DNA of 63,216 nucleotides from an uncultured Verrucomicrobia subdivision 3 bacterium (GTDB lineage Bacteria > Verrucomicrobiota > Verrucomicrobiia > Limisphaerales > UBA11358), in NCBI GenBank assembly GCA_903936645.1, contig CAIZWI010000306.1, positions 1-63,216 on the forward strand. The letters run 5' to 3'. Under the pieces are notes generated by a model, which saw nothing but the letters and a program-made list of their open reading frames with translations, was not told the origin of the DNA and did no database searches. The translations under genes were made by a program, and so were the position numbers. Positions 44,621 to 54,028 of this stretch are shown piece by piece (position 1 is the stretch's first letter; every line of letters begins with the position of its first letter).

Positions 44621-45352
44621 ATGTGCACCGTTACTTTTTCCCCGCGGCGGCGTGGCTATGCACTGGCCATGAATCGTGATGAAAAGCTTTCCCGGGCAAC
44701 CGGTTTGCCACCTATTCGGCATTTAATTCAAGGGCGAAATGTTCTCGCGCCCTGCGAGCCGGGCGGCGGGACCTGGATCTCGGTTAACGACTCGGGAGCC
44801 GCCTTTGCCTTGATTAATTGGTACGCCATCGCCGCCCAGGTGGAAATTAACCCAGTCAGCCGGGGGAAGGTTGTGTTTGCGGTTAGTGCAGTGGCTACCG
44901 GCGAAGGGGCGGCCAACGTTTTGGCCCAAATGCCGCTCCGCTCGGTGAATCCTTTTCGCCTCATCGGTGCTTTTCCGGCGGCCCAGGAAATCCGGGAGTG
45001 GCGTTGGGATTTAAAAAAGTTGGTGCAGGTGGCGCATCCGTGGCGCTTGCAGCAATGGATTTCATCCGGCTTTGACGAAGCCAAGGCCCAACAAATCCGA
45101 GGCGGGTTTTTTGAATCGGCAACGGGGCAAAAAAGCGTTGGCTCACTGGCATGGCTGCGCCGCCTGCACCGTTCCCACGCGCCGGCCGCCGGCCCATTTT
45201 CGACCTGTATGCACCGGGCGGATGCCGCCACGGTAAGCTATTCCGAAGTGCGCGTAACCAGCGATGGTGCAAAGATGAATTATTTAGCCGGTGCGCCCTG
45301 TCAATGCACGAGTGGTGTGATTAACCACGGCGCGTTGATGCGGGCAAGCTGA
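44621..45352 (+). CDS. NRDE-family (TANGO2-like) protein
   Basis: 243 aa from the ATG at 44621. It has the N-terminal nucleophile context MCTVTF and the eponymous AMNRDE motif. It lies 14 nt after the ATP-grasp fusion. Confidence 0.8.
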   Translation: MCTVTFSPRRRGYALAMNRDEKLSRATGLPPIRHLIQGRNVLAPCEPGGGTWISVNDSGAAFALINWYAIAAQVEINPVSRGKVVFAVSAVATGEGAANVLAQMPLRSVNPFRLIGAFPAAQEIREWRWDLKKLVQVAHPWRLQQWISSGFDEAKAQQIRGGFFESATGQKSVGSLAWLRRLHRSHAPAAGPFSTCMHRADAATVSYSEVRVTSDGAKMNYLAGAPCQCTSGVINHGALMRAS

Positions 45353-45729
45353 GTTTCGTCATTATCGGCCTGCGTTTAAATATCCTTACCAGCAGGCGAT
45401 GGGGGAACCGGGCAGGCCATGATGGGCAGTTATCAGTCTAATTTCATGCGGTGCCGGGTAATCAGGGCTTTAAAATGCCTCAAAGTAATGTTCGGGCAGA
45501 GTTGGGCCAGCCATGGGTGAGGCATTTCATCCGGCGGTGAAGGGCAGGTGACAAAGCCGTTTTAGGAGTGGGTCGGGGCCCGCGAATGTTGCCCCCATCT
45601 CCCGCAATAATATCCAATCCCTGGATTTGTGTTTGAGGCTTTTTATATGCTTTGCTGATTGAATTCTATGGCGGATCAGTTTTCAGTGGACATCTGTGCT
45701 GACTCTGGCGATGGTTTCCAATCAATATT

Positions 45730-46965
45730 ATGGCAACCGAAAGTTTAAACCGCCCATTGGCTGCCTGCGAGGCCGGTTCAATTGTTAAACCTGCTCTATG
45801 CCATTGTTTAACCAGCGCCCGGCAAGGCATCCATGAAACAGCTTGGGCAGTGACCAACCAGGAATTGCCGGTGACCAAGGACTTCGCCTGGTCGGTCAAA
45901 AAGTACACGCTTAGCGGTGGCCGGCAGGCGGGCGTGGAGGTTATTGAAGTAGATAATGGGTGCCTGCGAATGTTGGTGGTGCCCACGCGGGGCATGAGTA
46001 TTTTGCGGGTGGAGTCGGGGGATGTCCGGCTGGGCTGGGATTCGCCGGTCAAGGAAGTGGTGCACCCGCAGTTCATTCATTTGGACAGTCGGGGTGGGTT
46101 GGGGTGGCTGGAGGGATTTAATGAATGGCTGGTGCGCTGCGGTCTGGAATGGGCCGGGCATCCGGGTAAGGACCAGTTTCGCAACAATGTGGGGGATGAG
46201 GTGGAGATGGATCTGACCTTGCATGGCAAAATTGGCAATATTCCGGCTTCGGAAGTGGAGGTCGTCATTGAGGCCGGCCCGCCGCCGCGCATTATTATTC
46301 GCGGTTTGGTGGAGGAACGCATGTTTTATGGTCCCCAATTGTCATTGTGGACGAGCATTTCAACGGAAATTGGCTCCAACACCTTTCGAGTGGAGGATGC
46401 GGTCACCAATCTCGGCGCGCATGACCAGGAATTTCAAATCATCTATCATGCTAATTTTGGTCCGCCACTGTTGGGTGCTGGCGCCCATTTTTTGGGTGCC
46501 GTGGAGCGGGTGACGCCGTTTAATGCGCGGGCGGCGGAAACGCTGGCCGACTTTGCCGCCTACACTGGTCCGCAGCCGGGATTTATCGAGCAGGTGTATT
46601 GCTTGCGGCCCCTTGCCGACGCGGCGGGCCAGGGCTTGATCCTGTTGCAAAATGCCGCCGGTAACCGGGCGGTTTCCCTGGCTTTTCCGGTGGAACAATT
46701 GCCGTATGTGACCCTCTGGAAAAATTTGGCGGCTGCGGCGGAGGGATATGTCACAGGGTTGGAGCCGGGAACCGGATTTCCGGCCACGCGCCGGCGCGAA
46801 CGGGCCGCAAACCGGGTGCCGAAGTTGAAGGCGGGGGAAACCCGGCATTTTTCCCTGTCGGTGGCCATTCACGTTGATAGCGCGGCGGTGGTCGCTGTCA
46901 CCGAACGGGTGCGTTCCATCCAAGGAGATCGACCGCTACTCCTCGATGCTGCCCCGCTGCCATAA
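45730..46965 (+). CDS. DUF4432 / aldose-1-epimerase-like protein
   Basis: 411 aa. Blocks [20 protein letters not shown] and [12 protein letters not shown] are typical of the DUF4432 mutarotase-like family. The start codon is uncertain. Confidence 0.55.
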   Translation: MATESLNRPLAACEAGSIVKPALCHCLTSARQGIHETAWAVTNQELPVTKDFAWSVKKYTLSGGRQAGVEVIEVDNGCLRMLVVPTRGMSILRVESGDVRLGWDSPVKEVVHPQFIHLDSRGGLGWLEGFNEWLVRCGLEWAGHPGKDQFRNNVGDEVEMDLTLHGKIGNIPASEVEVVIEAGPPPRIIIRGLVEERMFYGPQLSLWTSISTEIGSNTFRVEDAVTNLGAHDQEFQIIYHANFGPPLLGAGAHFLGAVERVTPFNARAAETLADFAAYTGPQPGFIEQVYCLRPLADAAGQGLILLQNAAGNRAVSLAFPVEQLPYVTLWKNLAAAAEGYVTGLEPGTGFPATRRRERAANRVPKLKAGETRHFSLSVAIHVDSAAVVAVTERVRSIQGDRPLLLDAAPLP

Positions 46966-46981
46966 GCCGACCACCCCGCTT

Positions 46982-48103
46982 TTATAGTTTGGGGCGAGGC
47001 AGATAGGCACCGCAGGATTCACGCACCACGAGCCGGGGGGTGAGGGTAATGCTTTGAACGGGAAGCAACGGTTCCGCCAGCCGTTTCATCATGGTTTGAA
47101 AAGCGATGATGGCGATGTCCCGACAGGGCTGGTGAATGGTGGTCAGGGGCACGGAAACGAGCGTGGCATATTTCACATCGTCAAAGCCCACCACGCGCAC
47201 ATCCTTGGGCACATGCAGGCCTTGCGATTCCAAGGCGCGCAGCAACACCGCGGCGGTATCATCGTTGGCACAAATGAAGGCGTCTGACTGGCGACCGGCC
47301 ACGAGGGAACGGATGAATTTGAGATCGGCGGGATCGCCGTTGCGCACCCAGCCGGGATCGGGTTCAAGCCGATGGCGAACAAACGCTTCGCGCACGCCGG
47401 CGATGCGGGCGTTAACGGTGGCCGCCGAAAGGGGGCGGGCCACGAAAGAGATGCGGCGACAGCCGAGTTTGATCAGGTGCTGGGCCACCAGGTAGCCGCC
47501 GGCCATATTGTCAATGCCCACCAGATCGAAATCACTGCGCTCGGGAAAATTTAGCAAATCGCGATCCAGCAGCACGGCCGGGATGCCCGCTTCCCGCAGG
47601 GATTCGGCGAGCCGGGTGTTGGCCTCCTCCTGCCCCGGTTGCAACTCGGCCGGGGCAAAGAACACGCCGCTGACCTTGCGTTCAATGAATTGTTTGCAAA
47701 TTTCCTCCGCATGTTTGAGGCTGGCGTCAGTGTCCACCCGGGGATTGGTGGAACCGCCCCAGAGCAGGCCATAATCATTGACCCGGGCAAGGCTGGCAAT
47801 TTCACCGCAAATGATTTGGAAAATTTCGGTCGTGGCCAGCCCCGGCACCAGCAAGCCCAAGATGCGGGTGGCGGCGGTGCGCTGTTGATTGGAACTCACA
47901 TAAGTGCCGGATCCAGCCCGGCGGTCAATCAGGCCTTTGGCTTCCAAGTCGCGCAGGGCGCGGGCCACGGTTGGCCGGGAAACCCCAAACTTTTGCACCA
48001 GTTGCACCTCGCTGGGCAGGCGGTCGCCAGCCTTATAGCGGCCGGCGGCGATTTCGGTTTCCAGGTGGCCGCTGATTTCATGGTGTTTGGGCTTGGCTTT
48101 CAT
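46982..48103 (-). CDS. GntR-HTH / LacI-type sugar-binding (PBP1) transcriptional regulator
   Basis: 373 aa. It has an N-terminal GntR winged helix (LPSEVQLVQKFGVSRPTVARALRDLEAKGLIDRRAGSGTYV) and a periplasmic-binding-fold effector domain (VVGFDDVKYA). It is divergent from the fructan-type operon. Confidence 0.88.
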   Translation of the reverse strand: MKAKPKHHEISGHLETEIAAGRYKAGDRLPSEVQLVQKFGVSRPTVARALRDLEAKGLIDRRAGSGTYVSSNQQRTAATRILGLLVPGLATTEIFQIICGEIASLARVNDYGLLWGGSTNPRVDTDASLKHAEEICKQFIERKVSGVFFAPAELQPGQEEANTRLAESLREAGIPAVLLDRDLLNFPERSDFDLVGIDNMAGGYLVAQHLIKLGCRRISFVARPLSAATVNARIAGVREAFVRHRLEPDPGWVRNGDPADLKFIRSLVAGRQSDAFICANDDTAAVLLRALESQGLHVPKDVRVVGFDDVKYATLVSVPLTTIHQPCRDIAIIAFQTMMKRLAEPLLPVQSITLTPRLVVRESCGAYLPRPKL

Positions 48104-48137
48104 GTTTTGGGTAAATTGGTAATGACTGCTTGTGAAG

Positions 48138-48159
48138 TTGTAATATCACCTATTTACAA
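48138..48159. promoter_or_regulatory. candidate operator palindrome TTGTAA-N10-TTACAA
   Basis: Inverted repeat in the regulator/LamG divergent region. A second repeat, TTGCC-N6-GGCAA, lies at 48177-48192. Confidence 0.3.
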
Positions 48160-48376
48160 TCCAGTCTAGTCAGTGTTTGCCGATTTTGGCAATTACAAGT
48201 TTAATCAGGATGTACCCAGCGACTGCACCAACCGGTTTTCATCGCGACACATTTTGTCCGATGGCAATTTTGCGGGCGCGAGCTTGAACGAGGGTTTGAG
48301 CTCCACCGTCTGCCGTTGAGGGCCGGACAGTTGCGCGGGCGTTGACCGCAACACAACCAAACAGCAAACCAAAAAC

Positions 48377-50647
48377 ATGAAAGCAAACGTCAGAATCAAG
48401 CAGACGGCGGCCCTGGCCGCCGCGCTCTGCGCTGGAGCCGCCGGGGTGGCCTGCGCGCAGGAAGCAGATACCAACGCAACCACTGTGGCCTATTGGCAGC
48501 TCGGCGCAGCGGCCACGGTGCCACTGAGCCCGAGCGGCAGCGGCATTTTGGATTTGGCCACGAATGTGGGACAGGGCACGATTCCGGGCACCGTCAGCGG
48601 TGTGCCGGTGTCAGTGCAGGATCTTTGGTTTCAAGGCCCGGTGGGCGGCGCGCAGACCTATGTCACCGACGTACCGCCGGCGAGCATGTTCAATGGCAAC
48701 AACTATTTCAAATCCGGGACGGGCTCCTGGGATTGCGGTGCCGACTTGTATGCCGGCCCGGGCGGCAGCCTGACTTGCGACAATCTGACGTATGGCAATA
48801 ACTTCAATGGTCCCGATTTCACCTGGGAAATTTATTTCAAATCCGACACGGCGAATGATGCGACCACCGGCACGCAGACGCAGTTCCTGATTTTTGATCA
48901 TCACCAATCGGCGTATGCCTTTTTGTCTTTGAACGACAATACCGGCGACCCCAACAATATTGGCAGCATTCGCTTCTGGAGCTGGAACGTGGCGGTTTTT
49001 GGCATTGACTGCCGCATCACGGCGGCACAAAACCACGGCCACCGGCTGGATGACGGTCAGTGGCATTATGCCGCGGCGCGCTTTCAAACCTCGACGGAAA
49101 CCATGGATTTGCTGGTCGTAAACCAGGATGGCACCAGCACCGAGACCTCCACTTACATCACGGTGCCCTTGAATCCGGGCGGTTCCGGCAGCCAGGGCCC
49201 GGTGTTCCTGGGTACTGATGAAGGCCAAAACGAACAGTTCGACGGAGAGATCAACCAGTTGCGCTATTCGAATGTCTCCCTCCCGAACAGCAAATTGCTG
49301 GCGAATGCCGCGGCCTGCAATGCCCCGGTGTTTCATAACACGGCGTCCACCACCGCCGTGGCGGTGGGGTCGGTGTTGAATCTCTCGCCAGCCAGCTGGC
49401 CGGTGCAGGTGGCGGGCGGTCCGCTGCAATATCAATGGCAGTTGAACGGAGTTAATCTCCCGGGTGCCACCAATCTGGCGCTGAATCTGTACCCGGCCAA
49501 CCTGGCCGAAGCGGGCACCTACCAAGTGGTGGCGACCACCCCCTGCGGTGGCGCTACTGCGACTAGTGCGCCGATGACGGTTTCCGTGGTGCCAGCCATT
49601 CCGCTGACCCGCTGGGCGTTTAACTTCACCGAGGCGGTCACGTTCCCGCAAGCCACGGTGGATGACGTCCTGCCCGGTGGCATCTATGATTTGATCACCT
49701 TCAACGACGCGCCCAACCCCAGCGGCATCGGCAGCAATGGCGGCATCGGGCTGACCAATGATGTGCCGCCGACGGCGATGTTTATCAATGGCAACAATGG
49801 GGGCACGAATTCCTTTGATCCGTCCTTCATCCAAAACGTGAATGGCGTGGTATTTTACCCGCTCGGACCGGATGTGTTCGACTTCCAAACCGATTTCACC
49901 TTGGAATTGTTCTTCCGCAGCTATGGCGACCAGAGCGCCAATGGGCCGATGGAATTGCTCTGCCAGGGCTCGGACGGTGGCAACACCTTCCGCTATGGGG
50001 TTAATTTGAACCAGGCGGGTCCGGGGGCGATCAGCTTCAAAGTCAACAACCTGCGCACGGCGCCGACCGGCCCCTCCTGGGAAGACACCAACCCCGGCAT
50101 CCAATCCGTGGTCTTGAACAATGCCAACTATGCGGATGGCAACTGGCATTATTTGCAGGCCAAATATGATTCCGTGGCGAATGCCATCAGCCTGGCGGTG
50201 GCGAATGCCGATGGCACTGGTACCAATGTGACGGCCGCTTTGCCGGCTGGCTACAGCCCGCTGGCGAATCAAGTCACGGGCAACTTGTTTGTGGGCCGTT
50301 ACCGTTATCCACTGGTGGATGGCAGCAACACGGATCCGCGGACGTTCATCGGGGCGATTGACGAAGTGCAGGTCTCTGCCGGCCTGATCACCCCGGCGAC
50401 CGGCCAGTTGGGATATCTCCCGACCCCGCCGACCATCACCGGGATCAGCCTGAGCGGTGGCACGGTGACGATTCACTTCACTGGCAACGCGGCGGCCTCG
50501 GCCGGGAGTTATACCCTGGTCGGTTCGTCCACGGTGAATGGGACTTATGCCCCGCTGAGCGCGACGGTGACGGCCTTGGGCGGCGGTGCCTTTCAGGCAA
50601 CCGTGGCCAAGAGCGGCGCGGCGGAGTTCTATAAGATCAAACATTAA
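48377..50647 (+). CDS. secreted LamG / Ig-like multidomain protein
   Basis: 756 aa with the signal peptide ([19 protein letters not shown]). It has two LamG_3-type jelly rolls ([18 protein letters not shown]), an I-set Ig repeat ([20 protein letters not shown]...AGTYQVVA) and a C-terminal beta-sandwich ending FYKIKH. Confidence 0.85.
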   Translation: MKANVRIKQTAALAAALCAGAAGVACAQEADTNATTVAYWQLGAAATVPLSPSGSGILDLATNVGQGTIPGTVSGVPVSVQDLWFQGPVGGAQTYVTDVPPASMFNGNNYFKSGTGSWDCGADLYAGPGGSLTCDNLTYGNNFNGPDFTWEIYFKSDTANDATTGTQTQFLIFDHHQSAYAFLSLNDNTGDPNNIGSIRFWSWNVAVFGIDCRITAAQNHGHRLDDGQWHYAAARFQTSTETMDLLVVNQDGTSTETSTYITVPLNPGGSGSQGPVFLGTDEGQNEQFDGEINQLRYSNVSLPNSKLLANAAACNAPVFHNTASTTAVAVGSVLNLSPASWPVQVAGGPLQYQWQLNGVNLPGATNLALNLYPANLAEAGTYQVVATTPCGGATATSAPMTVSVVPAIPLTRWAFNFTEAVTFPQATVDDVLPGGIYDLITFNDAPNPSGIGSNGGIGLTNDVPPTAMFINGNNGGTNSFDPSFIQNVNGVVFYPLGPDVFDFQTDFTLELFFRSYGDQSANGPMELLCQGSDGGNTFRYGVNLNQAGPGAISFKVNNLRTAPTGPSWEDTNPGIQSVVLNNANYADGNWHYLQAKYDSVANAISLAVANADGTGTNVTAALPAGYSPLANQVTGNLFVGRYRYPLVDGSNTDPRTFIGAIDEVQVSAGLITPATGQLGYLPTPPTITGISLSGGTVTIHFTGNAAASAGSYTLVGSSTVNGTYAPLSATVTALGGGAFQATVAKSGAAEFYKIKH

Positions 50648-50723
50648 TCGGCAGCGAAACACTTGGGCCGGCCCGGGGCGGGTGCCGCGGGCCGGCCTTT
50701 ACCAGCATTTGCAATCGTTTAAC

Positions 50724-51587
50724 ATGACCCCCGGCACAAACATCAAATCCAACCATCTCATGAAAATCCACAACTCACATCCCCGGTCCACTCTTCAGCG
50801 TGCGTTTACTCTGATTGAGTTGCTGGTAGTCATCGCGATCATTGCCATTCTGGCGGCGATGCTCCTGCCGGCCCTGGCGGCGGCCAAGCAAAAGGCCGTC
50901 CGGATCGCCTGTCTTAACAATCTCAAGCAAATTGTGCTTTTCACCCAGATGTACACCGATGAGAACGGGGACAAATTCCCCACCTGCCTTGCCACCGCCA
51001 ATGGGATGTGGGATGCTTCCGATGAAGCCACCAACTGGTGGGGCACGGCGATTTGTGGTGGGACGACGAACAACTATAATTCCTTTCATGATCCGGCAGC
51101 CAGCGGCCCGGTAATTTTAAAGACCGGGGCGACCTGGAATTGGGCTTTTAATTTTAATCTGGTGGGATACGGTTTAAATTCCTTTTTCCTGAGTTGCACT
51201 CCCAATGCGCCGGGAAACACGGCGGTGGCCGGGTACAAATTTACCAGTTCGGCAAATTTTCGCCGCACGGGCATCAAGCGCCCGACGGATTGCATGGTCT
51301 TTGGCGACAAGCAGCCCAAGCCCGATTTGTCGGCAAGTGCGAGTTTGTGGTGGCCCAATGCCAGCATGCACCAGCCCAGCAGTTCCGGGGCTTATGAGGG
51401 TGTGGACACCACGCGCCATAATGGCGGGAAATTTCCGGGGGTGGGTAATGTGGGGTTTGCGGACGGACATGCCGAAGCCAAAAAGGAATCCGATATTAAT
51501 CCACCCGTGGATCCCTCCAGCGGAGCGGTATCGGGCCTGATCAATTCTAAATTTTGGGATCCTCTGCAAACGGCGGGCGACCAATAA
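50724..51587 (+). CDS. prepilin-type N-terminal methylation protein, DUF1559 family
   Basis: It has [46 protein letters not shown] and the C-terminal [10 protein letters not shown]. The start is at 50724 or 50760. The track ORF start at 50586 overlaps the upstream gene. Confidence 0.85.
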   Translation: MTPGTNIKSNHLMKIHNSHPRSTLQRAFTLIELLVVIAIIAILAAMLLPALAAAKQKAVRIACLNNLKQIVLFTQMYTDENGDKFPTCLATANGMWDASDEATNWWGTAICGGTTNNYNSFHDPAASGPVILKTGATWNWAFNFNLVGYGLNSFFLSCTPNAPGNTAVAGYKFTSSANFRRTGIKRPTDCMVFGDKQPKPDLSASASLWWPNASMHQPSSSGAYEGVDTTRHNGGKFPGVGNVGFADGHAEAKKESDINPPVDPSSGAVSGLINSKFWDPLQTAGDQ

Positions 51588-51745
51588 TCGGCAACCGAGA
51601 AGTAATCCAGGGGCGTTCCGCTGGCTGGTCCATCCTGACGAACCGTCCCGGGCCATTTCTTCAAACCAAGCAAAAATATATCGCCAAGTTTCCGGGGCTG
51701 GTTAATCGTAATGGGAATTACTTAAACCACTCCTAATAAACAACT

Positions 51746-53071
51746 ATGAACAGTCGTATCTTCTTTTGGTCCGTCACCTCTGCCCTGGCGGGTTTTCTCT
51801 TTGGGTTTGACACGGTGGTCATCTCCGGAGCCGAGCAAAAAATTCAAACCTTGTGGGGTTTAAGCGCCGGCTGGCATGGCATCGCCATGGCCTCCGCCCT
51901 GTACGGCACGGTGATTGGCTCCCTCTGTGGCGGGTGGCCCACGGACCGCTTTGGGCGCAGGGCCACGTTGCTGTGCATAGGCATGCTCTACCTGGTGGGA
52001 GCGCTGTGGTCGGCCCTGGCCAACGATGTGTATTCGTTCATCGTGGCGCGGGCCCTGGGTGGCCTGGGAATTGGGATTTCAACCGTAGTTGCCCCGTTGT
52101 ATATATCGGAAATCGCCCCGCCGGCCCATCGCGGCCGCCTCGCGGGGATGTTTCAGTTCAATATTGTATTTGGCATTCTGGTGGCCTTTTTATCGAATGC
52201 CCTGCTGGCAGGCATTGGTGAAAATGCCTGGCGCTGGATGTTGGGAGTGGCGGCCGTCCCTTCGTTGATTTATGCGGTATGTTGCCTGGCGCTGCCCGAA
52301 AGTCCGCGCTGGCTGCTGGGGCGGAAGAATGACCGGGCGGCCGGACTGGCGGTGTTGCGCCTGATCGAACCAGCGGCCACACCCGCCGAACTGGAGGCGG
52401 AGGCGGACCGGATTGCCGCGGCGTCCAATGAAGGCCATGCCACCGACCGTTTTTGGACCTGGCGTCTGCGCATGCCGATCATGCTGGCGTTCCTGATTGC
52501 ATTCTTCAACCAGCTTTCGGGCATCAACGCGATTCTGTATTTTGCCCCGCGCATTTTTGAGATGACCGGTCTGGGCGCGAAGGCGGCGCTGCTGCAATCC
52601 GTGGGGATTGGGGTAACCAATCTGATTTTCACATTTGTGGGCCTGTGGCTGATTGACCGGCTCGGCCGGCGCACACTTTTGTATATTGGTTCCTTTGGTT
52701 ACATTCTCTCCCTGGGACTGGTATCGTGGGCATTTTTTTACGCCCATTACGCGATTGTGCCCGTGTGCATTTTCGCCTTCATCGCGGCGCATGCGATCGG
52801 CCAGGGCGCCGTGATCTGGGTGTTTATCTCGGAAATATTTCCGAACCGCCACCGGGCCGAAGGGCAATCACTGGGGAGTTTCACCCACTGGATTTTTGCG
52901 GCGTTGCTGACGACCTTTTTCCCTAAAATGGTCACCGCCTTCCCGCCGGGAGCGGTGTTTGCCTTTTTCGCGTTCATGATGGTGCTGCAACTCCTTTGGG
53001 TAAAAACCCTGGTGCCGGAAACGAAGGGGGTGCCTTTGGAGCAAATGCAGAAAAAGCTGGGAATTGTCTGA
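51746..53071 (+). CDS. MFS sugar porter (sugar:H+ symporter family)
   Basis: 441 aa. It has sugar-porter signatures GRRATLL, PESPRWLL and PETKGVPLEQM. Confidence 0.9.
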   Translation: MNSRIFFWSVTSALAGFLFGFDTVVISGAEQKIQTLWGLSAGWHGIAMASALYGTVIGSLCGGWPTDRFGRRATLLCIGMLYLVGALWSALANDVYSFIVARALGGLGIGISTVVAPLYISEIAPPAHRGRLAGMFQFNIVFGILVAFLSNALLAGIGENAWRWMLGVAAVPSLIYAVCCLALPESPRWLLGRKNDRAAGLAVLRLIEPAATPAELEAEADRIAAASNEGHATDRFWTWRLRMPIMLAFLIAFFNQLSGINAILYFAPRIFEMTGLGAKAALLQSVGIGVTNLIFTFVGLWLIDRLGRRTLLYIGSFGYILSLGLVSWAFFYAHYAIVPVCIFAFIAAHAIGQGAVIWVFISEIFPNRHRAEGQSLGSFTHWIFAALLTTFFPKMVTAFPPGAVFAFFAFMMVLQLLWVKTLVPETKGVPLEQMQKKLGIV

Positions 53072-53079
53072 GTTCACGC

Positions 53080-54027
53080 ATGAAATTTAATATTGTCGGG
53101 ATTGGGGAGGTGCTGTGGGATTTGCTGCCTTCAGGCATGAAACTGGGTGGGGCTCCGGCTAATTTTGCCGGGCATGCTCACGCCCTGGGGGCGGAAGCTC
53201 GCGTGGTCACGCGCGTGGGCCAGGACGGGCTGGGCACGGACATTTTTAAACATTTGGAGGGCCATGGAATCGTCTGCAACACCGTTCAAATCGACCCCCT
53301 GGCGGCCACTGGCATGGTGACGGTCACGCTTTCAGAGCAAGGCATACCGCAATATATTATTCACGAAAATGCCGCCTGGGACCGGCTGGCCGTCACGCCA
53401 GCGGCCGAGGCGGCCATCGCGGCCGCCGACGCCATTTGTTTTGGGAGTCTGGCCCAGCGCAGTGAGGTGGCGCGGCAGACGATTCAACAGTTGGTGGCCA
53501 CCGCCCCTTTGGGCACGCTGCGGGTCTTCGATATTAATTTACGCCAAAAATACTATACGCGCGCGATCATTGAACAATCCCTGCGGCTGGCCAACGTTTT
53601 AAAATTGAATGATGGCGAGCTGCCGGTCCTCGCGGAAGAATTTGGGCTCGTGGGAACGCCACGGGACATGATGCAGAATCTGGCGGCGACTTTTGAGCTG
53701 GACGTGGTCGCGCTGACACGGGGACCGGCGGGGAGTCTGCTGTTGCAGAACGGCCAGTGGTCGGACTGTCCTTCGGTGCCCACCAAGGTGGTGGACACCG
53801 TGGGCGCAGGGGATGCCTTTACCGCGGCGCTGATCATGGGATTACTCCGCAAGATGCCTTTGGAAGAGATTAATTATTTTGCCGACGAGGTGGCTCGTTT
53901 TGTGTGTGGGTTTGCTGGGGCAACGCCGCCGTTGCCGGATCGCTTTGCCCAACGGCTGGTGCGGCCGGCTGAACCGCACCCAAAGGGTGCCACCCCCACT
54001 TTGCCATTCACTGCCCTCAAATTTTAA
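53080..54027 (+). CDS. PfkB-family carbohydrate kinase (fructokinase)
   Basis: 315 aa from the ATG at 53080. It has IGEVLWDL, GGAPANFA and the ATP site DTVGAGDAFTAAL. Its context lies between a sugar porter and GH32. Confidence 0.85.
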   Translation: MKFNIVGIGEVLWDLLPSGMKLGGAPANFAGHAHALGAEARVVTRVGQDGLGTDIFKHLEGHGIVCNTVQIDPLAATGMVTVTLSEQGIPQYIIHENAAWDRLAVTPAAEAAIAAADAICFGSLAQRSEVARQTIQQLVATAPLGTLRVFDINLRQKYYTRAIIEQSLRLANVLKLNDGELPVLAEEFGLVGTPRDMMQNLAATFELDVVALTRGPAGSLLLQNGQWSDCPSVPTKVVDTVGAGDAFTAALIMGLLRKMPLEEINYFADEVARFVCGFAGATPPLPDRFAQRLVRPAEPHPKGATPTLPFTALKF

Positions 54028-54028
54028 A

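Noticed and set aside
48611-50662. 683-aa minus-strand ORF; similar long ORFs at 26735-29209 (+), 58634-60247 (-), 12473-13357 (-), 13515-14432 (-), 17465-18457 (-) and 19849-21159 (+)
   Set aside because: All lie exactly antisense to, or out of frame with, genes that have strong family signatures (LamG/Ig proteins, the giant GH32 ORF, AraC, fucI, phnX, phosphoesterase). They are Arg/Gly/Pro/His-rich low-complexity translations typical of spurious open frames in GC-rich DNA.
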